Source: Myxococcota bacterium
Lineage (GTDB): Bacteria > Myxococcota > JACRCW01
Reading direction: 5' to 3'
Assembly (NCBI GenBank): GCA_040752415.1
Contig: JBFMGU010000077.1
Coordinates: forward strand, 1-40,902
DNA: 40,902 nucleotides
Part shown: piece by piece, positions 1-10,675 of the stretch
Numbering within the stretch: the stretch's first letter is position 1
Layout: each line of letters begins with the position of its first letter
Made by a program: the position numbers and the translations under genes
The notes under the pieces: model-generated
What the model was told of the DNA's origin: nothing
What the model saw: only the letters and a program-made list of their open reading frames with translations
Database searches by the model: none

Positions 1-1482
1 GTTGGTGGGACGACGCACCTCCGGCGCGGCAGCGGCTGCCGGGGCGGGCGCGGCGGGCTTGGGGGCCGTCTTGGGACGGTTGGCCGCGGGCGCAACGCCG
101 CTCTTCTCCGCCGGGCGCACGGGCTCCGGTTTGGGCGGGGACGGCGCCTTGCGACCCGAACGCTCCGGCGCCGGCGGCTCCGGCATGGGGGAGAGCGAGG
201 TCTTGGCGTCCAGCTCCTCCTCGTTCGCCACGTCGTCGTCGATGGCCGGGGCCGCCATGGTGGGGTCGGTCTTCGGCTCGTCGGGCTCGTCGTCGTCTTC
301 CATGGCCGGCATGGCCGGCTGGGTGGCAATGGGCGGGTTGGCGGGACGGGTGGGCGCGGGAGGAGCCTTGGGAGCGGGCTTGGCCTGGCTGGCCGCCGGC
401 TTGACCTGCGGGTTGCTCGTCTCCGTCATGCCCTGCGCCACCACGCTGGCCTCGAAGACGAACGTGCGCTCCGGTCCCCCGGTCTCCTGCGGCTCCGGGT
501 CGGCCGGCGCGGAGATCTTGAGGTACTCCTCCATCTTCGCCTGTTCCATGGCGATTTCCGCCGCGTACGCATCCCGCATGTACGCTGCCAGGCGCTTGGT
601 GTTGTAGATGTTGCGGTCCTCGATCATGAACCGCTGCAGGTCCTCGGCGAGGTCGCTGGCCCACTGGTAGCGGTCCTCCACCTCCCGGGCCAGGGCCTTG
701 AGGACAATGGTCTCCAGCTCGCGGCTGATCTTCTTGTTGTACGTGGTGGGCGGCACCACCTCCGCGTTGCGCACCCGCTCCAACGTCGAGAAGTCGCTCT
801 CACCGATGAACAGGCGCTCGCCGGTGAGCATCTCGTAGAGCAGCACGCCCACCGCAAAGATGTCGCTGCGACGGTCAATGGGCAGGCCGCGCACCTGCTC
901 CGGGCTCATGTAGCCGAACTTGCCCTTCAGCACGCCCGCCTGGGTCTTGCTGGCGCGGTTGGCCGCCTTGGCAATGCCAAAGTCAATGACCTTGACCTCA
1001 CCCTCGTATCCCACCAGGACGTTCTGCGGGCTGACGTCGCGGTGGATGATGTTCATGGGGTTGCCGGCGGGGTCCTTCTTGCGGTGCGCGTAGTCCAGCG
1101 CCTCACAGATCTTGGACGCCACGAAGGCCGCCTGCGGGATGGGCATGAGGGTCCCGCTGGCGCGCAGCTTGTCCAGGATGGTCCGCAGGTCCCGGCTGGG
1201 GAGGTACTCCATGGCGATGTAGTAGGACTCGCCATGACGCCCCAGCTCATAGATCTGGACGATGTTGGCGTGGTTCAGCTGGACGCTGATCCGCGCCTCG
1301 TCGATGAACATCCGGATGAATTCCTCATCCTCCACCATGGACGGGAGGATGCGCTTGAGGGCCACCAGCTTCTCAAAGCCCGCCACGCCAAAGGTCTTGC
1401 ACTTGAAGACCTCCGCCATGCCGCCGACATTGACGCGCTCAAGCAGCAGGTATTTCCCGAACTGGATGGGGTAGCGCGCCAT
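1..1482 (-). CDS. Serine/threonine protein kinase (Hanks/Pkn type) with Pro/Ala-rich C-terminal region; runs off the left window edge
   Basis: Absent from the ORF track because it has no stop in the window. My translation from the ATG at 1482 reads MARYPIQFGKYLLLERVNVGGMAEVFK...VALKRILP...HRDVSPQNVLV...DFGIAK...GKFGYMSPEQ, with the main kinase motifs intact. Confidence 0.95.
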   Translation of the reverse strand, partial: MARYPIQFGKYLLLERVNVGGMAEVFKCKTFGVAGFEKLVALKRILPSMVEDEEFIRMFIDEARISVQLNHANIVQIYELGRHGESYYIAMEYLPSRDLRTILDKLRASGTLMPIPQAAFVASKICEALDYAHRKKDPAGNPMNIIHRDVSPQNVLVGYEGEVKVIDFGIAKAANRASKTQAGVLKGKFGYMSPEQVRGLPIDRRSDIFAVGVLLYEMLTGERLFIGESDFSTLERVRNAEVVPPTTYNKKISRELETIVLKALAREVEDRYQWASDLAEDLQRFMIEDRNIYNTKRLAAYMRDAYAAEIAMEQAKMEEYLKISAPADPEPQETGGPERTFVFEASVVAQGMTETSNPQVKPAASQAKPAPKAPPAPTRPANPPIATQPAMPAMEDDDEPDEPKTDPTMAAPAIDDDVANEEELDAKTSLSPMPEPPAPERSGRKAPSPPKPEPVRPAEKSGVAPAANRPKTAPKPAAPAPAAAAAPEVRRPTN

Positions 1483-1599
1483 GAGCGGGGGGACCTTATC
1501 GCGTTCCGCCAGATTAGGGGTGGCGCCGCGGAGGCGTCAAAACCCTGACCGTGATTGGGAAAATCCGTTCCCCGTGGTGGCCATCCCCCGTCACCCCGC

Positions 1600-2775
1600 T
1601 CACAGGCTCATCACGATGTAGTTGAGGATGCCCCGCACCGTCTCGTCCAGCTGAACCTCGTTGTGGAAGGTGGTGTAGATGACCGTGCCTTCCCCGCTCC
1701 TGATCCGCACCGCCAGGGGCACCTCCTCCAGCTCCCGCACCCCGGCGTGGACGGTGCCTGTGGCAAGGACGGACACCGTGTTGGAGGTGGTGGCCTCCTC
1801 GATCACGGCCCAGGCGGGCAGGTCGTAGTTGATCTCCACGGTCCGGCCCACAATCTTCTCCAGCGTCTCGTCCACCATGGTGGCGGTGACAATCTCGCTG
1901 TCGCCCTGCTGGGCGTCGCCGTGGATGAGGTCGTCGCCCAGGAAGGTGATGGGGTCGGGGAAGAGCCACTCCACCACGTCGTAGGCCCAGTCGCTGGCGT
2001 AGAGGCCGCCGCCGGCGGCAATCCAGTCCAGCAGCGCCTGGCGACGGTCGGCCAGGTTGGGGTTGGAGAAGATGTCGTCCCCCAGGCCGCAGTTGAGGAA
2101 GAGCGCGTCGACGTTGGCCAGGTACTCCGGCGTGGCCACCTCATCCACCCAGGGAGCGTTGGGCGGGTCGGCGCCCCAGTCCTGGCTCCCGTCGACGATC
2201 ACCGGGTTGAACCCCAGGCCCCCGCTGCCGGTGCCAATGATGTCCTCGATGCTGTCATAGCTCCCGGTGACGACGACGAAGCGCGCGCCCGCCGCCAGCA
2301 CCCGGATGTCCACGCCGGTGACCTGGGAGAGCGGGTCATCAATGGTGGCGGCGCCGGTGCCGGTGTAGCGGCCGCGCTCCGCCTTCACGGTGTAGGTCCC
2401 CGGCGGGAGCCCGCGCAGGAAGAACTGGCCGTCAAAGCGGGTGTGGGTCTGCTTGTGGCGCTCCACCCCGTCCTCGTCGGTGTAGTCCACGGAGACCAGC
2501 GCATCGAACAGGCCAAAGGTGCCGGAGGGGGCCAGCACGCGGCCGGAGATCACGCTCTGGGTGGGCTCCGCGCTGCTGGAGCTGCCCCCCGACGACGTGC
2601 TGGACGTGCTTCCCGAGCCGCTGCCGCTGCCGCTGCTGCCACCGCCGCTGGAGGCGCCCCCGCTGGTGGAGCCGCCGCCACCGCCGGAGGAGGTGCTGGA
2701 TGCGTCCTCACCGCCCGTCATGGTGCAGGCGACAAGGGTCAGGGAAAGGGCGGCAGACAGCAGGCGATGGTGCAT
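1600..2775 (-). CDS. Lipoprotein with Ser/Gly linker, carboxypeptidase-regulatory-like beta-sandwich and C-terminal alpha/beta (class I GATase/ThuA-like) domain
   Basis: Start trimmed to MHHRLLSAALSLTLVA-C (lipobox). A long S/G linker is followed by ISGRVLAP...DGQFFLRGLPPGTYTVKAE (CarboxypepD_reg-like) and LFLNCG...GGGLYASDW. Confidence 0.75.
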   Translation of the reverse strand: MHHRLLSAALSLTLVACTMTGGEDASSTSSGGGGGSTSGGASSGGGSSGSGSGSGSTSSTSSGGSSSSAEPTQSVISGRVLAPSGTFGLFDALVSVDYTDEDGVERHKQTHTRFDGQFFLRGLPPGTYTVKAERGRYTGTGAATIDDPLSQVTGVDIRVLAAGARFVVVTGSYDSIEDIIGTGSGGLGFNPVIVDGSQDWGADPPNAPWVDEVATPEYLANVDALFLNCGLGDDIFSNPNLADRRQALLDWIAAGGGLYASDWAYDVVEWLFPDPITFLGDDLIHGDAQQGDSEIVTATMVDETLEKIVGRTVEINYDLPAWAVIEEATTSNTVSVLATGTVHAGVRELEEVPLAVRIRSGEGTVIYTTFHNEVQLDETVRGILNYIVMSL

Positions 2776-2895
2776 GAAAAGCCCCGGACGCATGTGGGAG
2801 GCGCGCGAGCCTAGCAGACGCCTGCACGAGGGGAAGGGCCATCCGGCGGACCCCCTTGAGCACGAGCCTGGGGATTCCTGAGGGGTGTCGGGAAT

Positions 2896-3001
2896 TCCCA
2901 AAAGGAAGTCAGGAGTCAGGAGTCAGAAGGTGGTCTCGCGACGACGACGGGCCAAGCACCTTCTGACTTCTGCATTCTGACTTCTGACTTCCCTTTTGGA
3001 A
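2896..3001. repeat. Intergenic inverted repeat built from tandem heptamers (RAGTCAG x3 / TTCTGAC-like x4)
   Basis: Left arm CCAAAAGGAAGTCAGGAGTCAGGAGTCAGAAGGTG pairs imperfectly with right arm CACCTTCTGACTTCTGCATTCTGACTTCTGACTTCCCTTTTGG around a ~24-nt loop. Confidence 0.85.
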
Positions 3002-3014
3002 TACCGACAGACCC

Positions 3015-3722
3015 TCAGCCGTCGCCCAGCGCCATCATCACCGCCACCTTTCCGGCGGCGCCGTCGGCCAGCAGCGCGCGCAGCCGGGTCAGCTCGGTGC
3101 GGACGGCTTCCGACGCGTCGGCGGGCAGGACCGCGGCGTCCGCACATGCGCGGTACCGCTGGAGATCCTGGCCCTCCAGCAACAGCAGCACGCGCGTGCG
3201 GCCAATCCCGTCCAGCACCCGCCCCACCGCGCCCGGCTGCCCCACGGTCTGCTTGCACTCCACCGAGACGGACACCAGCGCGTCGGTGAGACCGCTGGGG
3301 AAGAGGCTGATGGGACGGTGCTCTCCGCCGCTGGGCAGACTGAGCGGCCCCATCAGCGCCGCCTCCGCCTGCTCCGCCACCGGCCCCGGCCCGCTCACCG
3401 CGCGCGCCTTGGCCAGCAGCTCCGGTCCCACCGCGGGGTGACGCTCCAAGGCTTCCGCCAGTCGCGTGCCCCGGCCGGTGCGTACGGCCACCCGCACCTC
3501 CGTCAGCGCGCGCGGGTCCACCGCCCACAACGACGCGCCGCCCGGCGTGGCAAACGCGATCATCGTCGGACCGGCGTCGTCACGCAGGCCCTTGGGCGTC
3601 ATGGAACGGATGCCTTGCACCACCTTGCTGCCTTTTGCTCCCCCGTCGGTACCGGCCGTCTCGCCCGACGAGGGACAACCGGCGGCGAGCAGCAGCGCCA
3701 GGAGCCATCCGCTCCGCGTCAT
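3015..3722 (-). CDS. Hypothetical lipoprotein
   Basis: [16 protein letters not shown] lipobox. The ATG overlaps the stop of the upstream gene (ATGA at 3719-3722). Confidence 0.7.
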   Translation of the reverse strand: MTRSGWLLALLLAAGCPSSGETAGTDGGAKGSKVVQGIRSMTPKGLRDDAGPTMIAFATPGGASLWAVDPRALTEVRVAVRTGRGTRLAEALERHPAVGPELLAKARAVSGPGPVAEQAEAALMGPLSLPSGGEHRPISLFPSGLTDALVSVSVECKQTVGQPGAVGRVLDGIGRTRVLLLLEGQDLQRYRACADAAVLPADASEAVRTELTRLRALLADGAAGKVAVMMALGDG

Positions 3723-5311
3723 CGTCGCACCCACAGCTCCACCACGCCTTTCTCCTCGTGATCCGGATACGAGGCCACCCGCGTGAACCGCTCAGACAGC
3801 CACTCCCGCACCCCCGGAAGCGATGCAAACCGCTTGCCGGGGCTCACCACCACCGCACCCAGGTTGTCGGCCTCCGCGCCGCGCAGGACGTCGTCAATCC
3901 GGTCGCGGCCGCTGGCGTAGCGCTGCGTGTTGGTGTCGGCGCGGTCCTGGGCCAGGCGGCGCTCCGCCAGCAGCGCGATCAGCGGGGCCACCAGGCTGTC
4001 GCCCAGCAGGGTCTGCTCCGGCGTGGTCTGGCGCTGCACTTCCTGCGCAAGCGCAAAGGCCGCGTCGAACGCACGGGATTCGTGCCAGAGCGCGTAGGTG
4101 ATGCCGCTGTAATCCCGACCGATCACCCGCACGTCCGACCAGAACAGCGCGCGCACCACGTCGTTGATGGGCCCCAGCGCGGGGACCGGCTCCCAGGTGT
4201 AGCTGTGGGAGGTGCCCCACTCGCGCTTGGCGTAGGGCACCGCGCGGTAGACCTCGTTGTGCACCAGCAGCACCACGCCCCAGGCCACCGCCAGCGCCAC
4301 CACGGCGTTCCCTCGTCGGTGGAGTGCCGCGCGCAGCGTCTCCGCCGCCGCCACGCCGAGGAGCGGAGCCCACAGCGTCAACATGGGCAGCAGGTAGAAG
4401 TGGAACACGCGCGGCTGCGTGGCCAGGAACAGCAGCGACGCCACCCCGCCGCCCACGCACAGCACCCACGGGTGCGCGAGCCAGGCATGTCGACGCCACG
4501 GCACGTTGCTGGTGAAGAGCGCTGTCGCGGCGGGAAGCACGGCGAGGAAGAGCGGCGTCTGGTGGAAGCACACCATGATGAGCGCGTTGGAGAATGCGTC
4601 GGGGCTGCTGGTCTTGCCCAGGTGGTAGCCGTAGACGTCGTCGAGGAAACGTGCGCCGCCCAGGAGCAGGCCCAGCAGGTTCCACGACGCCACCGTGATG
4701 GCACACGCGATGATCGCGCGCTTCCCCAGCTCCCGATCTCCGACGAGGAGCAGGGCCAGCATCACCGCCGCGCTGGGGGCCGTGTACAACGCCACGCCCG
4801 CCGCCAGGCCGAACATCACTCCGCACCATGCCGCGCGCCGGAACACCAGGGCCGCCACGCCCACGACGAGAAACGCGCATGCCTCGGTGGAGCCGGTGAA
4901 GTGGCTGGAGGAGCGCAGCACGTCGTGACTGGCGGTCAGGGCCAGCGCGCCCAGGGCACCGCGCACCTCGTGCCAGCGCGTTCCGCCCGGTCCGCGCGCG
5001 ACGAGCCACGCCGCTGCGCAGGTCACCAGGATGGCGATGACGGGGATGAGCTTGAACGCGACCAGCGTGGGATGCAGCAGCGCCACCGGCACGCCGAGCA
5101 TGAGGTGCACCGGCGGGTGCGCGAAGGAGAAGTCCGCGTAGGGCATGCGCCCGGCCACCACGCGCGTGGCCATGTAGAAGTAGATGTTCTCGTCGGAGAG
5201 CGCGGGGCGGACGCCGTAGGCCTTGAGCACGGTGAGCAGCGCCAACACCGCGCCGAGGGCGAGCCACGAGGGCCAGCGGGGCCTCTGCCAGGAGAGCGTG
5301 GGCTCGCCCAA
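3719..5311 (-). CDS. Polytopic membrane protein, GT-C fold (ArnT/PMT-like glycosyltransferase)
   Basis: About 11 hydrophobic segments. The first loop carries SDENIYFY...[12 protein letters not shown], typical of GT-C enzymes, and there is a soluble C-terminal domain. TTG start lies just after the FAH gene stop. Confidence 0.75.
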   Translation of the reverse strand: MGEPTLSWQRPRWPSWLALGAVLALLTVLKAYGVRPALSDENIYFYMATRVVAGRMPYADFSFAHPPVHLMLGVPVALLHPTLVAFKLIPVIAILVTCAAAWLVARGPGGTRWHEVRGALGALALTASHDVLRSSSHFTGSTEACAFLVVGVAALVFRRAAWCGVMFGLAAGVALYTAPSAAVMLALLLVGDRELGKRAIIACAITVASWNLLGLLLGGARFLDDVYGYHLGKTSSPDAFSNALIMVCFHQTPLFLAVLPAATALFTSNVPWRRHAWLAHPWVLCVGGGVASLLFLATQPRVFHFYLLPMLTLWAPLLGVAAAETLRAALHRRGNAVVALAVAWGVVLLVHNEVYRAVPYAKREWGTSHSYTWEPVPALGPINDVVRALFWSDVRVIGRDYSGITYALWHESRAFDAAFALAQEVQRQTTPEQTLLGDSLVAPLIALLAERRLAQDRADTNTQRYASGRDRIDDVLRGAEADNLGAVVVSPGKRFASLPGVREWLSERFTRVASYPDHEEKGVVELWVRR

Positions 5312-5314
5312 CGT

Positions 5315-6091
5315 TCACTCCACGCGGTTCTGCAGCACGCCAATCCCCTGGATCTCCACCTCGACGCGGTCGCCCGGCAGCAGCGGGCCCACGCCGGCGG
5401 GCGTGCCGGTGGCAATCACGTCGCCAGGCAGCAGCGTCATGATCCCGGTGATGAACACCAGCAGCTGCACCACGCTGTGCACCATGTCCGCGGTGCTCCC
5501 GCTCTGGCGCGTCTGCCCGTTGACCCGCAGCTCCACCTTCAGAGCGTTGGGGTCCAGCTCCGTCTCCACCCACGGCCCCAGCGGGCAGAACGTGTCAAAG
5601 CCCTTCCCGCGGGTGAATTGCACGTCGGCAATCTGCAGGTCGCGCGCGGTGACGTCATTGGCGCAGGTGTAACCGAGCACGTACGAGAGCGCGTTCTCCG
5701 CCGTGAGCTTGCGCGCGCGCTTGCCAATCACCACGCCCAGCTCCCCCTCGTGGTCCACGCGCTGGCTCTCGGGCGGACGCACGATGACGTCGCCGGGGCC
5801 AATCACCGCGGTGGACGGCTTGATGAACAGCCGCGGCACGTCGGGGAGCGCCTTCCCCATCTCCTGCGCGTGCGCGCGGTAGTTGAGCCCCACCCCCACC
5901 ACCTTGCTCGGCTCGACGGGGGCCAGCAACCGGGCAGTGGCGAGCGGGACCCGCGCCGTGACCTGGGGAGATCTGGGACCCAGGCCGGCCGCGTTGTGGA
6001 TATCCCCCGGCAACACGTGCAAGACATCGCCCTCGAGAATTGCCGCGCGTGGCTCGGGGAACTCAGGGCTGGTGAAGCGGCACAGGCGCAT
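5315..6091 (-). CDS. Fumarylacetoacetate hydrolase family protein
   Basis: Motifs [48 protein letters not shown] and [14 protein letters not shown]. Confidence 0.95.
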   Translation of the reverse strand: MRLCRFTSPEFPEPRAAILEGDVLHVLPGDIHNAAGLGPRSPQVTARVPLATARLLAPVEPSKVVGVGLNYRAHAQEMGKALPDVPRLFIKPSTAVIGPGDVIVRPPESQRVDHEGELGVVIGKRARKLTAENALSYVLGYTCANDVTARDLQIADVQFTRGKGFDTFCPLGPWVETELDPNALKVELRVNGQTRQSGSTADMVHSVVQLLVFITGIMTLLPGDVIATGTPAGVGPLLPGDRVEVEIQGIGVLQNRVE

Positions 6092-6280
6092 CCGGGGCCT
6101 CGTTCTCGTCGGGAAAGCGCGGTGGAAGGTTGGCCGCGCACAGTGTGGTTACTTGGCCCACGGAGAGGCGCGCTGTCAAAACGTCGGTGTCGCATCGGAA
6201 GGAGCGACGACGGCGTTTGGTCGGTCGTCCCGGCGGGCTGCCCTATCATCGCCGCCGGCTTGGGCGTGGAGGTCGTCGTG

Positions 6281-9200
6281 ATGCGACAAATGTGTGCCAA
6301 GGGGAGTGTGCTGGCGGCGATGTTCATGTTGCCGTCGGTGGCGCAGGGGCAGACGTTTCCGGCGGACAATGCCTGGTATCCCCTGACGCGCAACGGTGCG
6401 CCGCTGGGGGATGTGTTGGGAGATGCCTCCGGTGCGCGTGACATCGTGGGTGACGCCGGCAACCCGGCCGCGTCCGTGGCGCGCGACGGCACGCACCTGT
6501 TCTTCCGCCTGCGGCTCAACGAGACACCGCTGCAGAACGCGGGGAACCTCAAGCCCTTTGGTTGGGCCGTGGAGCTGGACACCGACGGGGACCTCACCGA
6601 CTACGAGGTGCTCTCCATGGTGGACGGCATCTCCAACCCGGAAGACACCGTCACGCTTCAGCGCAACACCGTGCAGCAGTCCATTGGCTCGCCCTCCGAC
6701 GGCGCGGAGGAGCTCATCACCTCGTGGCTCGCCAGCACGCACACCCGCGTGGTGGACGCGGCCTCCACGTTTGGCGGGGATCCGGACTTCTTCCTGGACT
6801 GGGCTGTCGACGTGGCGGCTCTGGAGGCAGCGGGGATCGGTCCGCAGACGCCGCTGCGCTTCATCTTTGGCACGTCGAACAACGCCAACTCCATTGCCGC
6901 GGACCTGCTGGCGCCCGATGGCGTGACCGGCCTGGATGCCGCCACCGACCCCGTGTCCTGCACCACCACCGGATGTGGTCCGTGCGTGGTGGATGACGAC
7001 GAGAACCTCTGCGAGGTGCCATGCACGGGCGACAACTGCGACGACGACGGCGACGGGGTCAGCAACGGCGTGGAAGGCACGCTGGGCACGGATCCCAACA
7101 ACCCCGACACCGACGGCGACGGCATTTCCGACGGGGTGGAAACCAATGGGGGCGTCGTGGTGGACACGGATGGCGACGGCACCCAGGATGCGCGCGACAC
7201 CAACAGCGACGGCGACGACGCCTCCGACGCCATCGAAGGCGTGGATGACTCCGACGGAGACGGCACCCCCGACTGGCGCGACGCCGATGACTCCGACGGT
7301 CCCGCCGCGGATCCCGACGCCGACGGATTGGACAACGCATCCGAGGTGCAGCTGGGGACCAACCCGCGCGACGCAGATACCGACGGGGACGGCCTCACCG
7401 ACGGTGCGGAGGTGTCCGGTGGAGCTCCCGGCATGTACGACCCCGGCGTGGACACCAACCCCGCGGACGCGGACACCGACGGCGGCGGCGTCCCGGATGG
7501 CGCGGAGGTGACCGCCGGGAGCAACCCGCTGGATCCCGCCGACGACGGCCCGCCGAGCAACGACCCCGACGGGGATGGCCTCACCAACGACGCGGAGCTC
7601 GCACTCGGCACCGACCCGAACCTGCCCGACACCGACGGCGACGGCCTCTCCGACGGCGCGGAAGTGGCCGGTGGCACACCCGGTGCTTTCGATCCCGGCG
7701 TGGATACCAACCCCACCGACGCGGACACCGACGACGGCGGCGCCTCCGACGGAGAAGAGGTCTCCGCGGGCACCAACCCGGTCAGCCCCACTGACGACGG
7801 CAGCGCCTCGGAGGACGCGGATGGCGACGGGCTGACCGCCGCGGAGGAACTGGCGCTGGGCACGGACCCCAACCTGCGCGACACCGACGGCGACGGGCTC
7901 TCCGACGGGCAGGAGGTCGCGGGCGGGGTGCCGGGGCTCTACAACCCCGAGGTCGACACCGATCCCACCGACGCGGACACCGACGACGGCGGAGTCTCCG
8001 ACGGTACCGAGGTGGCCAGGGGGACCGACCCGCGCGCGCCCCAGGATGACGGCACCGCCGAGGAAGACCCGGACCACGACGGGCTGGACGCCGCGGAAGA
8101 AGCCGCGCTGGGGACCGACCCGCATGACTGGGACACCGACAGCGACGGAATCTCCGACGGCATGGAAGTGGCCGGTGGCACGCCGGGCGTGTACGACCCC
8201 GACGTGGATACCAACCCCAACGACCCGGACACCGACGACGGCGGCGTCAACGACGGCGTGGAGCGCAATCGCGGCACCGACCCGCGGCAACCCGTGGATG
8301 ACCAGGGCGGCGGTTCGTCGTCGTCCTCGTCGTCGGGGAGCGCGTCGTCCTCGTCGTCCGGCGGCGGGGCGTCTTCCTCCGGCGGGGCGGGAAGCTCAAC
8401 GTCCGGTGGGGTGTTCACGCAGGACGGAGGCACGGTGAACGCCGAGGACGCGCCCGCATTCAACGACGTCAACAACGACGGATTCGCCGACGAGTACGAC
8501 GCCAGCGGAGGCTGCAGCGGATGCAGCGCGGGCGGCGGGCCGGACCTCGCGCTCGCGGTGCTGCTGCTGGTGCTGCTCGGTCGTCGACGACGGGGCGCCG
8601 CGTTGATCCTGCTGGCGATGCTGTGGGGTGGGACCGCGCGCGCGGAGACCCAGACCATGCCCGCGGAACGTTGGCAGTCCGCCACCGACGCCAAGGGGCT
8701 CGGCCGCGTCAACTCCGGCTCGCTGATCGGCCACCTCGATATCGACGTGGGGCTGTGGGGCAACTACGAGCGTAACCCGGTGGTGCTGCGGGATACGCGC
8801 CGGGGCCAGCTGGGTCCCATGACCGACCAGTCCAACCCGCTCGTCGCGTACAGCCCGTCGCGTCGTCGGGTGGCCACGCTGGTGGAGTCACGTCTGGCCA
8901 CCGAGATGACGGCTTCCATTGGTCTGTTCCACTGGGTCCAGCTCTTTGGTGCCGCGCCATTGGTCCTCTACCAGGACCGCGGAGCGGGAATCTCCGGCGC
9001 GCCGGTGCGCGTGGAGCGGCTGCATCACGTGAACCTCGGCGACATCCGGCTCGGCGCCAAGATCCGCCTGCTGCGTGCGCAGGACCAGTTCGTCGACCTC
9101 GCGCTGGTTCCGCAGCTCACGTTGCCGGTGGGCCTCGGCTTTTCCGCCGTGGAGCTGGGCTCGTCCCACGACGGGCGACCCATCATCCAGCCGTCTCCGG

Positions 9201-10675
9201 GCGTGGCGCCGTGGGGTTACGGCTACGTCTCCGACGGGTTTCCCACGTTCCTCCCCGAGCTGGCGCTTTCCCGAGAGCTGATGGGGTTCTTCTTCGGCGG
9301 AAACATCGGGCTCCGCCTCCGTCGCCCCTTCGAGATCGCGAACGTCACCGTCGGACCGGAGCTGGTGGGTCGGGCCGGCGTGGGCTTCCGCGCGAAGAAG
9401 CTGAAGGACCGCGTGAAGTGGGTGAAGTACTTCCCCGTCGAGCTGGGCCTGGAAGCCAGCGGCGCCACGACGGTGAACCTGCCCTACGTCACCATTCCCT
9501 ACGTCACGCCCGCCGCAAGCCAGTCACAGCCGGAGGTGCGCTTTCCGCGCGTGGTGCAGCCGTACCAGCACTCCGGTGAAATCACCGCCACCGCGGGAAT
9601 CGACGTGGCGTGGGTGCATCCCTTCGTCGGCTTCTCCGTCGGGGCGCTGCCCGGGTACGGGACGCCGGACTACCGCGTGATGAGCGGCGTCCGTCTCTCC
9701 ACCGACTTTGGCCTGGACTTCCCACCCAAGCCCTCCGACCGCGACCACGACGGAATCCCCGACGCCAGCGACGCATGTCCCACCGTTCCCGGCGTGCCCG
9801 AGCACCGCGGCTGCCCGCCGCCACCTCCGCCGCCGCCGTTCCTGGACACCACCGACACCGATGGAGACGGCGTCATCGACATCAACGACCGCTGCGTCCG
9901 CGAGCCGGAGGACCAGGACACCTTCGACGACACCGACGGCTGCCCCGACCCGGACAACGACCAGGATGGCATGGCGGATGACTCCGACCTGTGCCCCATG
10001 GAGGCGGAGACGCAGAACGACGTGCAGGACGAGGACGGCTGCCCTGACGACGAGCTGGCTCCGATGGTCCCCGCGCTTCCGCCGCTCGCTCCGGTGATGG
10101 ACTCCGACGGAGACGGTGCGAATGACGAGGAGGATCGCTGTCCGAACCGCGCCGAGGACAAGGACGGCTTCGAGGATGGCGACGGCTGCCCCGAGCTGGA
10201 CAACGACCGCGACGGCGTGCTGGACCCGGATGACCGCTGCGCCCTGGAGGCCGAGGTGATCAACAGCAACCTCGACGAGGACGGTTGTCCCGACGCCGGC
10301 AAGTCCAAGGTGGTGCTGAAGAAGGACCAGATCGTGATCCTGGAGAAGGTCTACTTCGAGACGGGCAAGGACGTGATCCAGCGGCGGTCCTTCAAGCTGC
10401 TCCTGCAGGTGGCACTCACCTTGAAAGCCAACCCGGAACTGAAGGTGCGCGTGGAAGGCCACACCGATGACGTGGGCAGCGACGAGCACAACCGCGACCT
10501 CTCGCAGCGTCGTGCGGAGGCGGTGCGGCGGTTCCTGGTGGACGCAGGCGTGGAGGGTGAGCGCCTGGAGGCGGTGGGTTACGGCGAGACGCGGCCCGTG
10601 GCCGACAACAAGAACGAGAAGGGACGGGAAGTGAACCGGCGCGTCGAGTTCATTGTGCTGGGAGGTGAGCCATGA
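6281..10675 (+). CDS. Giant surface/outer-membrane protein (~1464 aa): signal peptide, N-terminal beta domain, Asp-rich Ca-binding repeats, internal MYXO-CTERM-like motif, second signal peptide, TraB-like beta-barrel, TSP3 repeats, OmpA C-terminal domain
   Basis: True start is near 6281 ([23 protein letters not shown]). Contains many DTDGDG(L/I)SDG repeats, GGCSGC...[16 protein letters not shown], DxDxDG..D.CP TSP3 repeats and OmpA motifs [39 protein letters not shown]. Confidence 0.9.
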   Translation: MRQMCAKGSVLAAMFMLPSVAQGQTFPADNAWYPLTRNGAPLGDVLGDASGARDIVGDAGNPAASVARDGTHLFFRLRLNETPLQNAGNLKPFGWAVELDTDGDLTDYEVLSMVDGISNPEDTVTLQRNTVQQSIGSPSDGAEELITSWLASTHTRVVDAASTFGGDPDFFLDWAVDVAALEAAGIGPQTPLRFIFGTSNNANSIAADLLAPDGVTGLDAATDPVSCTTTGCGPCVVDDDENLCEVPCTGDNCDDDGDGVSNGVEGTLGTDPNNPDTDGDGISDGVETNGGVVVDTDGDGTQDARDTNSDGDDASDAIEGVDDSDGDGTPDWRDADDSDGPAADPDADGLDNASEVQLGTNPRDADTDGDGLTDGAEVSGGAPGMYDPGVDTNPADADTDGGGVPDGAEVTAGSNPLDPADDGPPSNDPDGDGLTNDAELALGTDPNLPDTDGDGLSDGAEVAGGTPGAFDPGVDTNPTDADTDDGGASDGEEVSAGTNPVSPTDDGSASEDADGDGLTAAEELALGTDPNLRDTDGDGLSDGQEVAGGVPGLYNPEVDTDPTDADTDDGGVSDGTEVARGTDPRAPQDDGTAEEDPDHDGLDAAEEAALGTDPHDWDTDSDGISDGMEVAGGTPGVYDPDVDTNPNDPDTDDGGVNDGVERNRGTDPRQPVDDQGGGSSSSSSSGSASSSSSGGGASSSGGAGSSTSGGVFTQDGGTVNAEDAPAFNDVNNDGFADEYDASGGCSGCSAGGGPDLALAVLLLVLLGRRRRGAALILLAMLWGGTARAETQTMPAERWQSATDAKGLGRVNSGSLIGHLDIDVGLWGNYERNPVVLRDTRRGQLGPMTDQSNPLVAYSPSRRRVATLVESRLATEMTASIGLFHWVQLFGAAPLVLYQDRGAGISGAPVRVERLHHVNLGDIRLGAKIRLLRAQDQFVDLALVPQLTLPVGLGFSAVELGSSHDGRPIIQPSPGVAPWGYGYVSDGFPTFLPELALSRELMGFFFGGNIGLRLRRPFEIANVTVGPELVGRAGVGFRAKKLKDRVKWVKYFPVELGLEASGATTVNLPYVTIPYVTPAASQSQPEVRFPRVVQPYQHSGEITATAGIDVAWVHPFVGFSVGALPGYGTPDYRVMSGVRLSTDFGLDFPPKPSDRDHDGIPDASDACPTVPGVPEHRGCPPPPPPPPFLDTTDTDGDGVIDINDRCVREPEDQDTFDDTDGCPDPDNDQDGMADDSDLCPMEAETQNDVQDEDGCPDDELAPMVPALPPLAPVMDSDGDGANDEEDRCPNRAEDKDGFEDGDGCPELDNDRDGVLDPDDRCALEAEVINSNLDEDGCPDAGKSKVVLKKDQIVILEKVYFETGKDVIQRRSFKLLLQVALTLKANPELKVRVEGHTDDVGSDEHNRDLSQRRAEAVRRFLVDAGVEGERLEAVGYGETRPVADNKNEKGREVNRRVEFIVLGGEP
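7310..8310 (+). repeat. Four tandem 252-bp (84-aa) intragenic repeats of Asp-rich Ca2+-binding motifs
   Basis: Units start at 7310, 7562, 7814 and 8066, exactly 252 nt apart. Consensus is DPDGDGL...E..LGTDP...[40 protein letters not shown]....DD. Confidence 0.9.

Noticed and set aside
2..1548. Plus-strand ORFs 2..607 and 1042..1548
   Set aside because: Shadows of the minus-strand kinase, which has clear catalytic motifs.
3635..6280. First ~880 codons of the 2346-aa ORF in the track
   Set aside because: This is the antisense shadow of the GT-C and FAH genes in high-GC DNA. The protein-like sequence with a signal peptide starts near 6281.
7040..10300. Repeats considered as a CRISPR array or mobile element
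   Set aside because: They are in-frame, degenerate protein-coding repeats with no identical direct repeats or unique spacers. No cas or transposase genes are present in the window.
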